Shown one piece after another: positions 36,091 through 46,020 of a stretch of 64,000 nt of DNA. This DNA is from an uncultured Prevotellaceae bacterium (GTDB lineage: Bacteria > Bacteroidota > Bacteroidia > Bacteroidales > Bacteroidaceae). The notes under the pieces are model-generated. The model had not been told where the DNA came from and searched no databases. It saw only the letters and a list, made by a program, of their open reading frames with translations. Made by a program: the position numbers and the translations under genes. Position 1 is the stretch's first letter, and the number at the start of each line of letters is the position of its first letter. The stretch covers positions 5,995 through 69,994 of the forward strand of contig CAMOMP010000008.1 of NCBI GenBank assembly GCA_946619915.1, written 5' to 3'.

Positions 36091-36759
36091 CTAGGAGACA
36101 ATCATAATACCATTAATATTACGACCCGTATTAATGGTATCACGGCGTGCGCTATAAAAGTCAGGAGTTGTAAGGGTATCAATATCTGATACCTGAATAT
36201 TGGTGATGCCGTTGCTCTCCAGCACCCATCGGTTGGCATCCTTTAGGTTGATATGCCATTTGGCATAACGCTTGGCCAGACGCTGCATGGGGAAGCCTGC
36301 CTGCAGGAACTGCTCATAGACCTCATCGCCCACCTCGAAGCTCTCCAAGGAAATACCCGGGCCTATAATGGCAGAGATATCCTCTGCCCTACTCTGCATC
36401 AGTTGAAGTGCTTTCTCAACTATGCGACCTACCGTACCGCGCCAACCGGCATGGATGGCTGCTATACGATGCTGACGCTGGTCGAAGAGAAGAACGGGGA
36501 TGCAGTCGGCCGTCTTGACAGCTATGCAAAGACCAGGCTTATCGGTAATGACAGCATCGGTATCGGGTACCTCGCCAAAGGTATCCACCCAGCATACATT
36601 GGTGCTGTGAGTCTGACGGGGAATCATGATGCTGGTAGCGGGAATCTGCAAGGACTCGCCACTGAGCCCAGTCTGACGCGCATCAATGCCGGGTTCTGTA
36701 CCATGCACGCCCTTCCCTGCGGAAAAAGCGAGCAGCCAAGAGGGTGTAGGATAAATCAT
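36091..36759 (-). CDS. pgeF: Peptidoglycan editing factor PgeF (YfiH / Cu-oxidase_4 family)
   Basis: [30 protein letters not shown] overlap with the obg stop. Confidence 0.85.
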   Translation of the reverse strand: MIYPTPSWLLAFSAGKGVHGTEPGIDARQTGLSGESLQIPATSIMIPRQTHSTNVCWVDTFGEVPDTDAVITDKPGLCIAVKTADCIPVLLFDQRQHRIAAIHAGWRGTVGRIVEKALQLMQSRAEDISAIIGPGISLESFEVGDEVYEQFLQAGFPMQRLAKRYAKWHINLKDANRWVLESNGITNIQVSDIDTLTTPDFYSARRDTINTGRNINGIMIVS

Positions 36760-37925
36760 TCGTCTTCGTACTCGAAGTCTTCCAGGTCCTCGATGTCCTC
36801 GACATCTTCCTCGTCGATGAACTCAATCTCTTCGTCCTCGCCTTCATCCTCCATCTCAGAACGGAGCCAGGCAAGGTCCTTGTTGCGATGGACGATGGTC
36901 TCCTGCTGCGTGATAGCCTGCAACTTGTTGCTCTCGCTGTTGAGAGCCTGCCAGAGGATATCCTTCAACTCGGTCAACCCCTTGTTGGCAACAGCACTGA
37001 TAAAGACGTGCGGCAGATCGTCAGGCAAATCCTCAGACAGCATCTGCTGCAGTTCCTCATCCAAGAGATCAGTCTTGGTAATGGCCAAGACACGTTGCTT
37101 GTCCAACAGCTCGGGGTTGAAGGTCTTTACCTCGTTCAGCAATATCTCGTATTCCTTGCGAATATCATCCGTATCGCCCGGCACCATGAAGAGCAGGAGC
37201 GAGTTACGCTCTATGTGACGCAGGAAGCGCAGACCCAGTCCCCTACCCTCGGCAGCACCTTCTATGATACCAGGGATGTCTGCCATCACGAACGACTGAC
37301 CGTCGCGATAAGAGACAATACCCAGCGAGGGCTCCAGGGTGGTAAAGGGATAGCCTGCAATCTTGGGACGGGCGCTACTCAGCGCACTCAGCAAGGTGCT
37401 CTTACCTGCATTGGGGAAGCCAACGAGACCGACATCGGCCAAAAGCTTCAACTCCAGAATGATGGTCAGCTCGCGCATTGGCTCACCAGGCTGCGCAAAG
37501 CGCGGTGCCTGATTGGTGCTGGTGGCAAAGTGCTTGTTGCCAAGTCCGCCACGACCACCTTTGAGGAGCATCACCAGCTGTCCGTCCTCTGTTACGTCGC
37601 AGATATATTCGCCCGTCTCAGCATTATAGACTACGGTTCCGCAGGGTACATCTATATAACGGTCCTCACCATCGGCTCCTGTGCTGCCGCTCTTACCGCC
37701 ATTGCCGCCATGGGTGGCAAAGACATGACGCTCGTAACGCAGGTGCAGCAAAGTCCAGTAGTTGTGGTTGCCACGCAGATAAACGTGTCCGCCACGGCCG
37801 CCGTCTCCACCGTCAGGACCACCATTGGGAATGTACTTAGCCCTGTGCATATGCATAGATCCGCGACCGCCCTTACCAGAGCGGCAGCAGATCTTAACGT
37901 AATCTACAAAATTGCTTTCTGCCAT
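36756..37925 (-). CDS. obg: GTPase Obg/CgtA
   Basis: Gly-rich Obg fold (GGDGGRGG), G1 [10 protein letters not shown]3 DIPG, acidic C-terminal tail. Confidence 0.95.
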   Translation of the reverse strand: MAESNFVDYVKICCRSGKGGRGSMHMHRAKYIPNGGPDGGDGGRGGHVYLRGNHNYWTLLHLRYERHVFATHGGNGGKSGSTGADGEDRYIDVPCGTVVYNAETGEYICDVTEDGQLVMLLKGGRGGLGNKHFATSTNQAPRFAQPGEPMRELTIILELKLLADVGLVGFPNAGKSTLLSALSSARPKIAGYPFTTLEPSLGIVSYRDGQSFVMADIPGIIEGAAEGRGLGLRFLRHIERNSLLLFMVPGDTDDIRKEYEILLNEVKTFNPELLDKQRVLAITKTDLLDEELQQMLSEDLPDDLPHVFISAVANKGLTELKDILWQALNSESNKLQAITQQETIVHRNKDLAWLRSEMEDEGEDEEIEFIDEEDVEDIEDLEDFEYEDE

Positions 37926-37932
37926 CTTTATA

Positions 37933-37988
37933 AATTGAGAATTGAAAATTGAGAATTGAAAATTCTTAACTCCAAATTCTTAACTTAG
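37933..37988 (+). repeat. Heptamer-periodic array (AATTGAG AATTGAA)x2 then AATTCTT AACTCCA AATTCTT AACTTAG
   Basis: Eight consecutive 7-nt units fill the whole adk-obg intergenic space and overlap the adk stop codon. Confidence 0.8.
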
Positions 37989-38563
37989 TTTGCTTTATCA
38001 ATAATTGCGAATACCTCGGCAATCATTTCCTCCTTAGAGGGATGCTCTGCCCATGCTACGATGTTGCGGATGCCCTCCTTCTGGAACCACTCAGCCAGAG
38101 GAGCTGTCTGGTTGTGATAAACAGCAAAACGCTTCTTAATAGTCTCTTCGTTATCATCGGCACGACCCTGCTCGATAGCACGGTTCAGCAGACGAGCAAC
38201 GAGGATATCCTCCTCAACAACCAGTTCGATCATGATACCCATATCGTGGCCACGCTGAGAGAGCATCTGCTTCAGAGCCTCAGCCTGTGCGATAGTACGG
38301 GGGAAACCATCGAAGATAACGCCCTTGCCAGCAGGCAGGCTATCGTAGGTCTTTGCCAAAATGTCAATCATCAACTCATCAGGAATCAACTGACCGTTAT
38401 CAATATAACCCTTGGCTGTCTTGCCCAGCTCAGTACCGTTCTTAATCTCAGCACGCAGCACATCGCCTGTACTGATGTGACCCATACCATACTTCTCAAC
38501 AATCATGTCACTGTAGGTACCCTTTCCTGAACCGGGAGCACCAAAGATAATAATATTCTTCAT
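37985..38563 (-). CDS. adk: Adenylate kinase
   Basis: P-loop GAPGSGKGT and GDVLR, FDGFPRT motifs. Confidence 0.95.
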   Translation of the reverse strand: MKNIIIFGAPGSGKGTYSDMIVEKYGMGHISTGDVLRAEIKNGTELGKTAKGYIDNGQLIPDELMIDILAKTYDSLPAGKGVIFDGFPRTIAQAEALKQMLSQRGHDMGIMIELVVEEDILVARLLNRAIEQGRADDNEETIKKRFAVYHNQTAPLAEWFQKEGIRNIVAWAEHPSKEEMIAEVFAIIDKAN

Positions 38564-38608
38564 ACCTTAAAAAAACTATATTGTTTGTCTTTATTTTCTT
38601 CGATTAAT

Positions 38609-38636
38609 TTTTATCTTTTCTCTTTTAATTTTTAAT
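38609..38636 (-). repeat. Heptamer array (plus strand TTTTATC TTTTCTC TTTTAAT TTTTAAT)
   Basis: Overlaps the hpt stop codon. Shares the identical 19-mer CTTTTCTCTTTTAATTTTT with 55532-55550. Confidence 0.7.
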
Positions 38637-39164
38637 TAAAGTATAAATATCCCTCATGTTTCTTCCATAGCCGTCATAGTCCAGGCCATAACCCACTATG
38701 AAGTCGTTGGGAATCTCCATGCAGCAATACTTGATGTCCAGATCCACCTGCAACTTACCTGGCTTCAGCAAGAGCGTACAGATATCTATGCTGGCAGGGT
38801 TCTGCTGCTTCAGCACATCCAACATGTGCGCCATCGTCAGACCCGTATCCACGATATCCTCCACGATGATAACGGGACGGTCTGTAAGGTCCACGTTCAG
38901 GCCTATCACCTCGCGAATCTTACCCGTAGTGTTCACGCCCTGATAGGATGCCAGTTTGACAAAGGAAATCTCGCAGGGCAGGTTTACCTCCTTCAGCAGG
39001 TCGGCAGCAAAGATGAACGAACCGTTCAGAACAGCCAAGAAAACGGGCTCCTTATCCTGAAAATCCTTGTTAATCTGCTTTGCTATTCGCTTAACCTCCC
39101 GCAGAATCTCTTTCTCGGAAATAAAGAGGGAAAAACTCTTATCCTTAACCTGAATTGTCTGCAT
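38625..39164 (-). CDS. hpt: Hypoxanthine phosphoribosyltransferase
   Basis: PRPP-binding loop VIIVEDIVDTGLT. ATG at 39164 chosen because a -7 box (39197-39204) lies inside the longer ORF. Confidence 0.9.
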   Translation of the reverse strand: MQTIQVKDKSFSLFISEKEILREVKRIAKQINKDFQDKEPVFLAVLNGSFIFAADLLKEVNLPCEISFVKLASYQGVNTTGKIREVIGLNVDLTDRPVIIVEDIVDTGLTMAHMLDVLKQQNPASIDICTLLLKPGKLQVDLDIKYCCMEIPNDFIVGYGLDYDGYGRNMRDIYTLIKN

Positions 39165-39196
39165 ACTAACTGGTATTCTTTTTTTGAAAATCGCGA

Positions 39197-39204
39197 CAAA
39201 GGTA
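39197..39204 (-). promoter_or_regulatory. -7 promoter box (TACCTTTG on minus) for hpt-adk-obg-pgeF
   Basis: CAAAGGTA on the plus strand, 33 nt upstream of the ATG at 39164. Confidence 0.5.
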
Positions 39205-39267
39205 TATAAAAGTTCACAAAAAGTAAAATCTTTGCCGTATATCCGTATCACATTCATCGAAAAACGT

Positions 39268-39275
39268 TATCTTTG
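39268..39275 (+). promoter_or_regulatory. -7 promoter box (TATCTTTG)
   Basis: 21 nt upstream of the ATG at 39296. Confidence 0.5.
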
Positions 39276-39295
39276 CATTACAAAACATCAAGATT

Positions 39296-40363
39296 ATGAA
39301 GCTAAGAAACATTTTAGGACTTGTTTTCTGCTGTTCTGCTCTGGCCGTTCAAGCACAGACCGATGTAACCAAATTTGTACCTGGAAGCACCCTCGAGGGT
39401 GTCTCTTATTTTCTGCCCAAAACAGCCTTCCGCGTTACCATTATAACAGAGAAAACGGTTACCAAGCCAGGCGATTTCTATAAATATGCCAACCGCTACC
39501 TGCGCCTCTCCAACGTACCTACTGAGGAGAAGGTGGAATGGCGCATCAAGAGCATAAAGCTGGAACCCTTTGGCGTGCCCGATAAGGACAAGGCCTATAG
39601 CATAAAGATAAAGAGTAAGACTGTGGCTCCTCTGGTAGGACTGAGTAGCGATGGCCTTCTGCTTAGTATCAACACAGAAGCCGTAGAGGAGGTGCTGCCC
39701 GAATTGCCTGACGCCATCCCCGCTGCTAAGTTGGAAGACCCACGCACCTATATGACACAGGAAATGCTGGCTGCCGGCAGTACGTCCAAGATGGCTGAAC
39801 TTTGTGCCGAGGAAATCTACGACCTCAGGGACAGTCGCAACTCCCTTATCAAGGGCGAGGCAGACAATACCCCCAAGGATGGTGCCCAATTGCAACTGAT
39901 GCTGAACCAGTTGGACAAGCAGACTGCCGCCCTGGAATCTATGTTCAAGGGAACACAGCAAACCAGCACAGAGGTCACTTCCTTCAACTTCCTGCCCAAT
40001 GAGGAGACGGACAAGGACATTCTGTTCCGCTTCTCTCAGAAACTGGGCATTGTGGACGAGGACGATCTGGCTGGCGCTCCCATCTACGTGAGCGTAAGAC
40101 GCACAGAGACACTTCCTCAGACAGAGAACGACGAGGATATTGCCAAGAAGAAGGCCAAGATGGAGAAAGGTATATATTATAATGTACCCGCACGAGCCAA
40201 GGTAACTATCTTCAACAGCCAGCAGGAGTTCTGCTCCACAGAGTTGCCAATGGGTCAGTTCGGCGTGGTAGAGATTCTCTCCAACACGCTCTTCGATAAG
40301 CAGGCTACCACCAAGGTCACATTCTTCCAGACCACAGGCGGCACCAAGGATATTACGAGGTAA
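39296..40363 (+). CDS. Secreted protein of unknown function (DUF4831-like, tentative)
   Basis: Signal peptide (..ALAVQAQ), 355 aa, no catalytic motif recognised. Confidence 0.55.
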   Translation: MKLRNILGLVFCCSALAVQAQTDVTKFVPGSTLEGVSYFLPKTAFRVTIITEKTVTKPGDFYKYANRYLRLSNVPTEEKVEWRIKSIKLEPFGVPDKDKAYSIKIKSKTVAPLVGLSSDGLLLSINTEAVEEVLPELPDAIPAAKLEDPRTYMTQEMLAAGSTSKMAELCAEEIYDLRDSRNSLIKGEADNTPKDGAQLQLMLNQLDKQTAALESMFKGTQQTSTEVTSFNFLPNEETDKDILFRFSQKLGIVDEDDLAGAPIYVSVRRTETLPQTENDEDIAKKKAKMEKGIYYNVPARAKVTIFNSQQEFCSTELPMGQFGVVEILSNTLFDKQATTKVTFFQTTGGTKDITR

Positions 40364-40369
40364 AAATTT

Positions 40370-40403
40370 TTAGACTTTAGACGCTAGACTTTAGACTTTA
40401 GAG
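40370..40403 (+). repeat. Heptanucleotide tandem array (TTAGACT) x4.9
   Basis: TTAGACT TTAGACG CTAGACT TTAGACT TTAGAG, ending at the nucleotide before the ATG at 40404. Confidence 0.9.
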
Positions 40404-40838
40404 ATGCCTAAAAAAACTTATAGGGACCTACCCCCAGACTATGGGGTTTGTTTGCACGCAAATTGTCCGATGGCGGCGACATGCCTTCATCAGATAGCTT
40501 ATCCCCAATTACTGAAGAAAGAGACTACTCTGCGCCTCATCAACCCAGAGAAGTGTTCTAAGGATAAGGAATGTAGATTCTATCGCGATTCCAAGCCCGT
40601 GACATACGCCTTTGGATTCACTAATTTCCAGAAGAAGATGTTCCCTGCGCAATACCAGACTTTCATGTACACACTAATCGGAAAGTTTGGACGTAACGCC
40701 TATTTCGAACGTCGTCGCGGCGAATCTCCCCTATCACCAAAGGAACAGAAGGTCATACTCGAAGCCCTTCGCAAGGCCGGCGTTACAGAAAAGATGCAGT
40801 TCGATAAGTACGAAGAGAATATAAACTGGTACGACTGA
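40404..40838 (+). CDS. Small Cys-containing hypothetical protein, 144 aa
   Basis: CLHANCPMAATCLHQ ... CSKDKECRF. No family recognised with confidence. Confidence 0.5.
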   Translation: MPKKTYRDLPPDYGVCLHANCPMAATCLHQIAYPQLLKKETTLRLINPEKCSKDKECRFYRDSKPVTYAFGFTNFQKKMFPAQYQTFMYTLIGKFGRNAYFERRRGESPLSPKEQKVILEALRKAGVTEKMQFDKYEENINWYD

Positions 40839-40937
40839 ACCAGTACTTGTTAGGAAGTACTCCAGTACTTCAACGTAAGTACTGGAGTAATCCAGCAAGA
40901 GTACTTTACGCAAAAAGCGATACTTTAATATACAAAC

Positions 40938-40964
40938 AAAGGAGGCAGATAATCTACCTCCTTT
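40938..40964. terminator. Bidirectional hairpin terminator
   Basis: AAAGGAGGCAG..loop..CTACCTCCTTT followed by TTTATTT. Confidence 0.55.
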
Positions 40965-40971
40965 ATTTATG

Positions 40972-41003
40972 CTAAAGACTAAAGTCTAACGTCTAAAGTC
41001 TAA
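40972..41003 (-). repeat. Heptanucleotide array (TTAGACT-type) on the minus strand
   Basis: Minus strand reads TTAGACT TTAGACG TTAGACT TTAGTCT TTAG, starting at the nucleotide after the fba stop codon. Confidence 0.9.
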
Positions 41004-42002
41004 TTAAAGCTTGTCGTTGCTGCCAAGAACATCGATGATCTTGTGCATGTACATCTTCTTCATGTTCTCACGAGCAGGCTTCAGATACTGACGTGGATCG
41101 AAGTGGCTGGGATTCTCGTCGAAGTACTTGCGGATAGCAGCAGTCATAGCCAAACGAGAGTCAGAGTCGATGTTGATCTTGCAAACAGCGCTCTTAGAAG
41201 CCTCGCGCAGCTGCTCCTCGGGGATACCTACTGCATCGGGCAACTTACCGCCGTGAGCGTTGATGGTATCAACCTCGTCCTGAGGAACTGAAGAAGAACC
41301 GTGCAGAACGATGGGGAAACCGGGAAGACGCTTCTCGATCTCGTGCAGGATATCGAATGCCAATGGAGGAGGAACCAGCTTGCCGGTCTTGGGGTCACGT
41401 GTGCACTGTGCGGGAGTGAACTTGTAAGCACCGTGGCTTGTACCGATAGAGATAGCCAGAGAGTCGCAACCAGAACGCTTGCTGAAGTCCTCTACCTCCT
41501 CAGGCTTTGTGTAGTGAGATACCTCGCTGGCAACCTCATCCTCAACACCTGCCAATACACCAAGCTCAGCCTCAACAGTTACATCGTGAGCGTGAGCGTA
41601 CTCAACAACCTTCTTTGTAAGAGCGATGTTCTCCTCGTAAGGAAGAGCAGAACCGTCGATCATTACACTAGAGAAACCGTTGTCGATACAATCCTTGCAG
41701 AGCTCGAAGCTATCACCGTGATCCAGGTGAAGAACAATCTGAGGATTAGCGCAACCCAACTCCTTTGCATACTCAACAGCACCCTGAGCCATGTAACGGA
41801 GGATAGTACCGTTAGCATAGTTACGAGCACCCTTAGAAACCTGCATGATAACAGGAGACTTTGTCTCTACAGCTGCCTGTACGATAGCCTGCATCTGCTC
41901 CAAAGTGTTGAAGTTGAATGCGGGGATTGCGTAGCCACCTGCTACTGCCTTGGCAAACATTTCACGGGTGTTTACCAAACCCAATTCCTTGTAACTTGTC
42001 AT
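41004..42002 (-). CDS. fba: Fructose-1,6-bisphosphate aldolase, class II
   Basis: HLDHG, SVMIDGS, EAELG, IGTSHGAYKF, VLHGSSSVP. Confidence 0.95.
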   Translation of the reverse strand: MTSYKELGLVNTREMFAKAVAGGYAIPAFNFNTLEQMQAIVQAAVETKSPVIMQVSKGARNYANGTILRYMAQGAVEYAKELGCANPQIVLHLDHGDSFELCKDCIDNGFSSVMIDGSALPYEENIALTKKVVEYAHAHDVTVEAELGVLAGVEDEVASEVSHYTKPEEVEDFSKRSGCDSLAISIGTSHGAYKFTPAQCTRDPKTGKLVPPPLAFDILHEIEKRLPGFPIVLHGSSSVPQDEVDTINAHGGKLPDAVGIPEEQLREASKSAVCKINIDSDSRLAMTAAIRKYFDENPSHFDPRQYLKPARENMKKMYMHKIIDVLGSNDKL

Positions 42003-42060
42003 AGGATTTACAATTTTACGATTTATATTCTATAATTTACAACTTTTCCATATTTACTTT

Positions 42061-42099
42061 CCCCTCCCATTTGGGGGAGGGTTAGGGAGAGGGGCTTCC
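42061..42099. repeat. GC-rich hairpin element (variant subfamily) in the fba 5' leader
   Basis: CCCCTCCCATTTGGGGGAGGGTTAGGGAGAGGGGCTTCC, between the -7 box at 42110 and the fba ATG. Confidence 0.85.
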
Positions 42100-42109
42100 T
42101 TTGCGCCTG

Positions 42110-42117
42110 CAAAGGTA
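42110..42117 (-). promoter_or_regulatory. -7 promoter box (TACCTTTG on minus) for fba
   Basis: CAAAGGTA on the plus strand, about 108 nt upstream of the ATG at 42002. Confidence 0.45.
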
Positions 42118-42143
42118 CACCTTTTTTACGAAACAGCGAAACT

Positions 42144-43184
42144 TTAGCTTTGTTTTTTTACAAGATAGGTTACAGTTGGCAAGTGGTCGCTATACCCGTT
42201 CAACCACACGCCGCCCGAGGTGGTACGCTTAGGTGTCCCCTTGTACTTGCCTTCCTGTTGTATCAGATAGTCGCGTCTGAATATCTGATACTTATAGAGG
42301 GTTAAGTGGCTGTAGTCCTTGGTATCGTTTATATCCAGCAGGTTCTTGCTGAGAACAATCTGGTCGAAGAGGTTCCAGGCACCCTGATAAGAGAGGGTTC
42401 CCTGCCCGTTCTTGCGCAGCATATCCCACCAAGGATTATAGAAGTCGCCATCGCCCACATCCTTCATCTTACGCTTGGCACCCAGACACTTGGCCATGGA
42501 GGCATTGTCCGGGTCATCGTTCATATCGCCCATTACCATGATGCGCATATCGGGATCGGCTGCATGAATGCTGTCTGTGAGGGCTCGCACCTGACGGCCA
42601 CCATATTCGCGGAAGATTCCTTCCGCTCCCCTACTGGGCCAATGGCATACGATAACAGTCAGGGGGTCGCCTGCCAGGATGCCTTGTACGCACAGAAAAG
42701 GACGGGTGGTATGCGTGGTGTCTCCGTTCTCATAGACATACAGCTTATGGAAGGCCTTAGTAATCTTGAAGGCTTTGGGATTATAGATAAGGGCGCAGTC
42801 CACACCACGCTTGTCGGGTCCCTCGAAGTGGACAAACTTATAGCCACGCTTCTGCATATTGGGCTGAGCCATCAGGTCCTCCATCACCTTGTCGTTCTCT
42901 ATCTCCGAAACGCCAATGATGCTGGCACCATAGGGCAACTTGTCTGTACCCAGGTCGCAAATCACCTGAGCCATATTCTTCAACTTGTTCTCGTACTTGT
43001 TCTTGGTCCAATGATACGAGCCACTGGGAAGGAAGTCGAAGTCGTTCTTGCCATAGTCGTGAGCGGTGTCGAAGAGGTTCTCCAGGTTATAGAAACATAC
43101 GGCATGACACTGTAACTGAGCCTTTACTGCCACAGAGACAGCGAGCAACACGATAAACAGAAGGGGGAATGCAAATCTTTTCAT
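42144..43184 (-). CDS. Secreted endonuclease/exonuclease/phosphatase (EEP) family protein
   Basis: Signal peptide, N-terminal FYNLENLFD and C-terminal GYSDHLP catalytic-His motif. Confidence 0.85.
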   Translation of the reverse strand: MKRFAFPLLFIVLLAVSVAVKAQLQCHAVCFYNLENLFDTAHDYGKNDFDFLPSGSYHWTKNKYENKLKNMAQVICDLGTDKLPYGASIIGVSEIENDKVMEDLMAQPNMQKRGYKFVHFEGPDKRGVDCALIYNPKAFKITKAFHKLYVYENGDTTHTTRPFLCVQGILAGDPLTVIVCHWPSRGAEGIFREYGGRQVRALTDSIHAADPDMRIMVMGDMNDDPDNASMAKCLGAKRKMKDVGDGDFYNPWWDMLRKNGQGTLSYQGAWNLFDQIVLSKNLLDINDTKDYSHLTLYKYQIFRRDYLIQQEGKYKGTPKRTTSGGVWLNGYSDHLPTVTYLVKKQS

Positions 43185-43236
43185 ATTTGTTTTTGTGGTA
43201 CTTGTTTAGAGATTCTATACTATACATGATTTCATG

Positions 43237-43244
43237 CAAAGTTA
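43237..43244 (-). promoter_or_regulatory. -7 promoter box (TAACTTTG on minus) for the EEP gene
   Basis: CAAAGTTA on the plus strand, 53 nt upstream of the ATG at 43184. Confidence 0.45.
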
Positions 43245-43327
43245 ATGCTTTTTTGTATAACAAATACAAGTTTTGAAGAAAATTCTTTTTTTTTGCATTT
43301 TTGCATAGCGGGATAAATTATTTTTTG

Positions 43328-43335
43328 TAAGTTTG
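43328..43335 (+). promoter_or_regulatory. -7 promoter box (TAAGTTTG) for the TBDR operon
   Basis: 32 nt upstream of the ATG at 43367. Confidence 0.5.
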
Positions 43336-43366
43336 CAGAAACATATTAACAAACAACTAATATATC

Positions 43367-45982
43367 ATGAGAATGAGAACAAAGCATCTGCTGTTGGTCA
43401 CAGCATTGTTTGCCTCACCGTTATGCTACGCCCAAACTGACACAACGGCTGTCAGTAAACTGGAAGAGGAAATCCGTCAGGAGAATTCCTCGTTTGTCCT
43501 GTCGGAGTCGCAATTGGGCGAGGATGATGACCAGACCGTCAACATCATTCAGGTTGGCTCAGCCAACAATGTTTACACTAGTAACATCGGCTACCAATGG
43601 AGTCCGGTACGATTCAAGTACCGTGCCTATGACTCGCGTTACAACGATGTGTACATGAACGGAGTAATGGTTAACAACATCGAGAACGGACGTTTCAACT
43701 TCTCCACCATCGGTGGCATGAACGACGCTACACGTAATCAGGATGCAGCCAGTCCGTTCGAGGACAACTCCTTCAGCATCGCTAACATGGGCGGTAGCAA
43801 CAACTACAACTTCCGCGCCAGCATGCTGCCCGCAGGACACAAGGTGACCCTCTCCGGTGCCAACCGCAACTACACCCTGCGCGGCATGTACACCTACGGC
43901 ACAGGTCTTACGGACAAGGGATGGGCCTTCTTCGGCACCGTCGGCTACCGCTGGGCCAATATGCAGACAGCAGCCGTTAAGGGTACCTTCTACAACAGCC
44001 TAAGCTACTTCCTGAGTCTGCAGAAGGTATTCAACGACAAGCACTCCCTGAACCTTGCCACCTGGGGTAATCCCACAGAACGCGCTCAGCAGGGTGCCTC
44101 TACCGACGAGGCTTACTGGTTGGCCAACGACCGCCAGTACAACCCTTACTGGGGATACCAGAACGGCAAGATGCGCTCCAGCCGCGTTGTGAACAACTAC
44201 GAGCCAACAGCCTTGCTGACCTGGGATTACAAGATCAACGATAAGATGAAGCTGACGACCAGCATCATCGGTAAATATGTAAAGTATAGCGCTACGCGTC
44301 TGCAGTACAACGACTCCAAGAACCCTGCGCCCGACTACTGGAAGAACTTCCCCAGCAGCCAGTACGATGTATGGGACATTGAGAATGTACAGAACTGGCA
44401 ATATGGTATAGATGCCTGGCAAAGCAGCTATGACTACTGGACCCGCAGCGATGCCAATCGCCAGATTAACTTCGACCAGCTCTATGCTGCCAACCGCACC
44501 AACAATGCGCTGGGTAAGGATGCTGCATACTTTATTACAGCCAAGCACAACGACCACCTGAACCTGCGCCTTGGCACTACCCTCGACTACGCCATCTCTA
44601 AGAACGCCAAGTGGCGCATTGGCCTGCAACTGGGCACCAACAAGGGTATGCATTACCAGACTATCGATGATATGTTGGGCGCCAAATATATGCATAACGT
44701 CAACAATTATGCCATCGGCACTTACCTGCCCGGTTCTAACCAGAGTTACTACAACCTGTACGACAGATTGTACAACGGCGACCGCATGATTGGCGAAGGC
44801 GACACCTTCGGTTACGACTACGACATCACAGTACGCGACGCCAAGGCCTGGACCTCTGTTTCATGGGATAGAGGCATCGGACACTACTTTGCTTCTGCTA
44901 AGATTGGAAGCACACAGATGTGGCGCGTAGGTCACATGAACAATGGCATCTGCCCCAACTATGCCGACGAGAACGGACGCGAAGTTAAATTCTCTTACGG
45001 CAGAAGCCAGACAGCGAAATTCCTGGACGGTGGCGTGAAAGCAGGCGCCACATTCAATCTGGGCAAGGGACACGGCATTGCCGTTGGCGGCGGTTTCGAG
45101 ACTCGCGCACCCTATGCCAACACAGCCTTCGTAAGCCCCGAGATGAATAACAACTTCGTGAAAAACCTTTATAATGAGAAGGTTGCTTCTGCCGAATTGG
45201 GTTATCGCCTGAACAACAACTGGCTGCAGCTGAACGTAACAGGTTACTATTCCCACATCTTCGATGGTACAGAATGGCAGAACTTCTACTTCGATGACGT
45301 GAACAGCTTCACCTATGTTTCTCTGACCGATGTCAGCAAGAGCTACTATGGCGTAGAGGTTGGCGCAAAATTCAAGATTACCAGTAGCCTGGACATAACT
45401 GCCATGACCACATGGAGCGACAACCTATACACCAACAATTCCGATTGTGTATATATGCTCAGCACCAAGGGAACAGAGAGCCACACCACCTGCTACAATA
45501 AGGGCATGCGCGAAAGCGGCACTCCCCTCTCTGCCTACAGTTTAGCAGTTAACTATCGCATCAAAAGATGGTATCTGTCTCTCATCGGTAACTACTACGA
45601 CCGCATCTACCTCTCTTACAGTTCATGCTTACGTTACAAGGAGAATGTTGCGACTCAGGTGGAAGACCCCGTCACTGGTCAAATGATTACCACTTACGAG
45701 GTTCCTGAACAGAGCCCAGGCAAGGGTGGATTTATGTTGGACGCCAGCATCGGTAAGCAAATCTTCGTTGCCCATCACCCCATGAGCATCAACCTTACCC
45801 TTACCAACATCCTTAACAATACTGGCATCTGTACTGGCGGTTACGAGCAGAGCCGTAGCAACTACAGCACAAATAAGAACGGAACACAAGGCAACCAGCG
45901 TGTTTACGACTTCCGCAATAGCTACAAGAGATTCTATGCTCAGGGATTCAACTTTATGCTGAACATCAACTACCGCTTCTAA
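43367..45982 (+). CDS. TonB-dependent receptor-like outer-membrane beta-barrel
   Basis: Signal peptide, plug-like segment (YNDVYMNGVMVNN..FSTIGGMND), long Tyr/Gly/Asn-rich barrel and C-terminal NINYRF. Confidence 0.75.
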   Translation: MRMRTKHLLLVTALFASPLCYAQTDTTAVSKLEEEIRQENSSFVLSESQLGEDDDQTVNIIQVGSANNVYTSNIGYQWSPVRFKYRAYDSRYNDVYMNGVMVNNIENGRFNFSTIGGMNDATRNQDAASPFEDNSFSIANMGGSNNYNFRASMLPAGHKVTLSGANRNYTLRGMYTYGTGLTDKGWAFFGTVGYRWANMQTAAVKGTFYNSLSYFLSLQKVFNDKHSLNLATWGNPTERAQQGASTDEAYWLANDRQYNPYWGYQNGKMRSSRVVNNYEPTALLTWDYKINDKMKLTTSIIGKYVKYSATRLQYNDSKNPAPDYWKNFPSSQYDVWDIENVQNWQYGIDAWQSSYDYWTRSDANRQINFDQLYAANRTNNALGKDAAYFITAKHNDHLNLRLGTTLDYAISKNAKWRIGLQLGTNKGMHYQTIDDMLGAKYMHNVNNYAIGTYLPGSNQSYYNLYDRLYNGDRMIGEGDTFGYDYDITVRDAKAWTSVSWDRGIGHYFASAKIGSTQMWRVGHMNNGICPNYADENGREVKFSYGRSQTAKFLDGGVKAGATFNLGKGHGIAVGGGFETRAPYANTAFVSPEMNNNFVKNLYNEKVASAELGYRLNNNWLQLNVTGYYSHIFDGTEWQNFYFDDVNSFTYVSLTDVSKSYYGVEVGAKFKITSSLDITAMTTWSDNLYTNNSDCVYMLSTKGTESHTTCYNKGMRESGTPLSAYSLAVNYRIKRWYLSLIGNYYDRIYLSYSSCLRYKENVATQVEDPVTGQMITTYEVPEQSPGKGGFMLDASIGKQIFVAHHPMSINLTLTNILNNTGICTGGYEQSRSNYSTNKNGTQGNQRVYDFRNSYKRFYAQGFNFMLNINYRF

Positions 45983-46020
45983 CTCACCCTATACATTATT
46001 ATATATAAATAACAGACGAC

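Noticed and set aside
38625-39257. Long (210-aa) version of the hpt ORF
   Set aside because: The N-terminal 31 residues have no HPRT similarity, and a minus-strand -7 promoter box (39197-39204) lies inside the extension. The ATG at 39164 was used instead.
42003-42060. Possible further heptamer array in the AT-rich fba leader (repeated GTAAAT-like words on the minus strand)
   Set aside because: The spacing of the repeated words is irregular, with no consistent 7-nt register, so it is not counted as a member of the array family.
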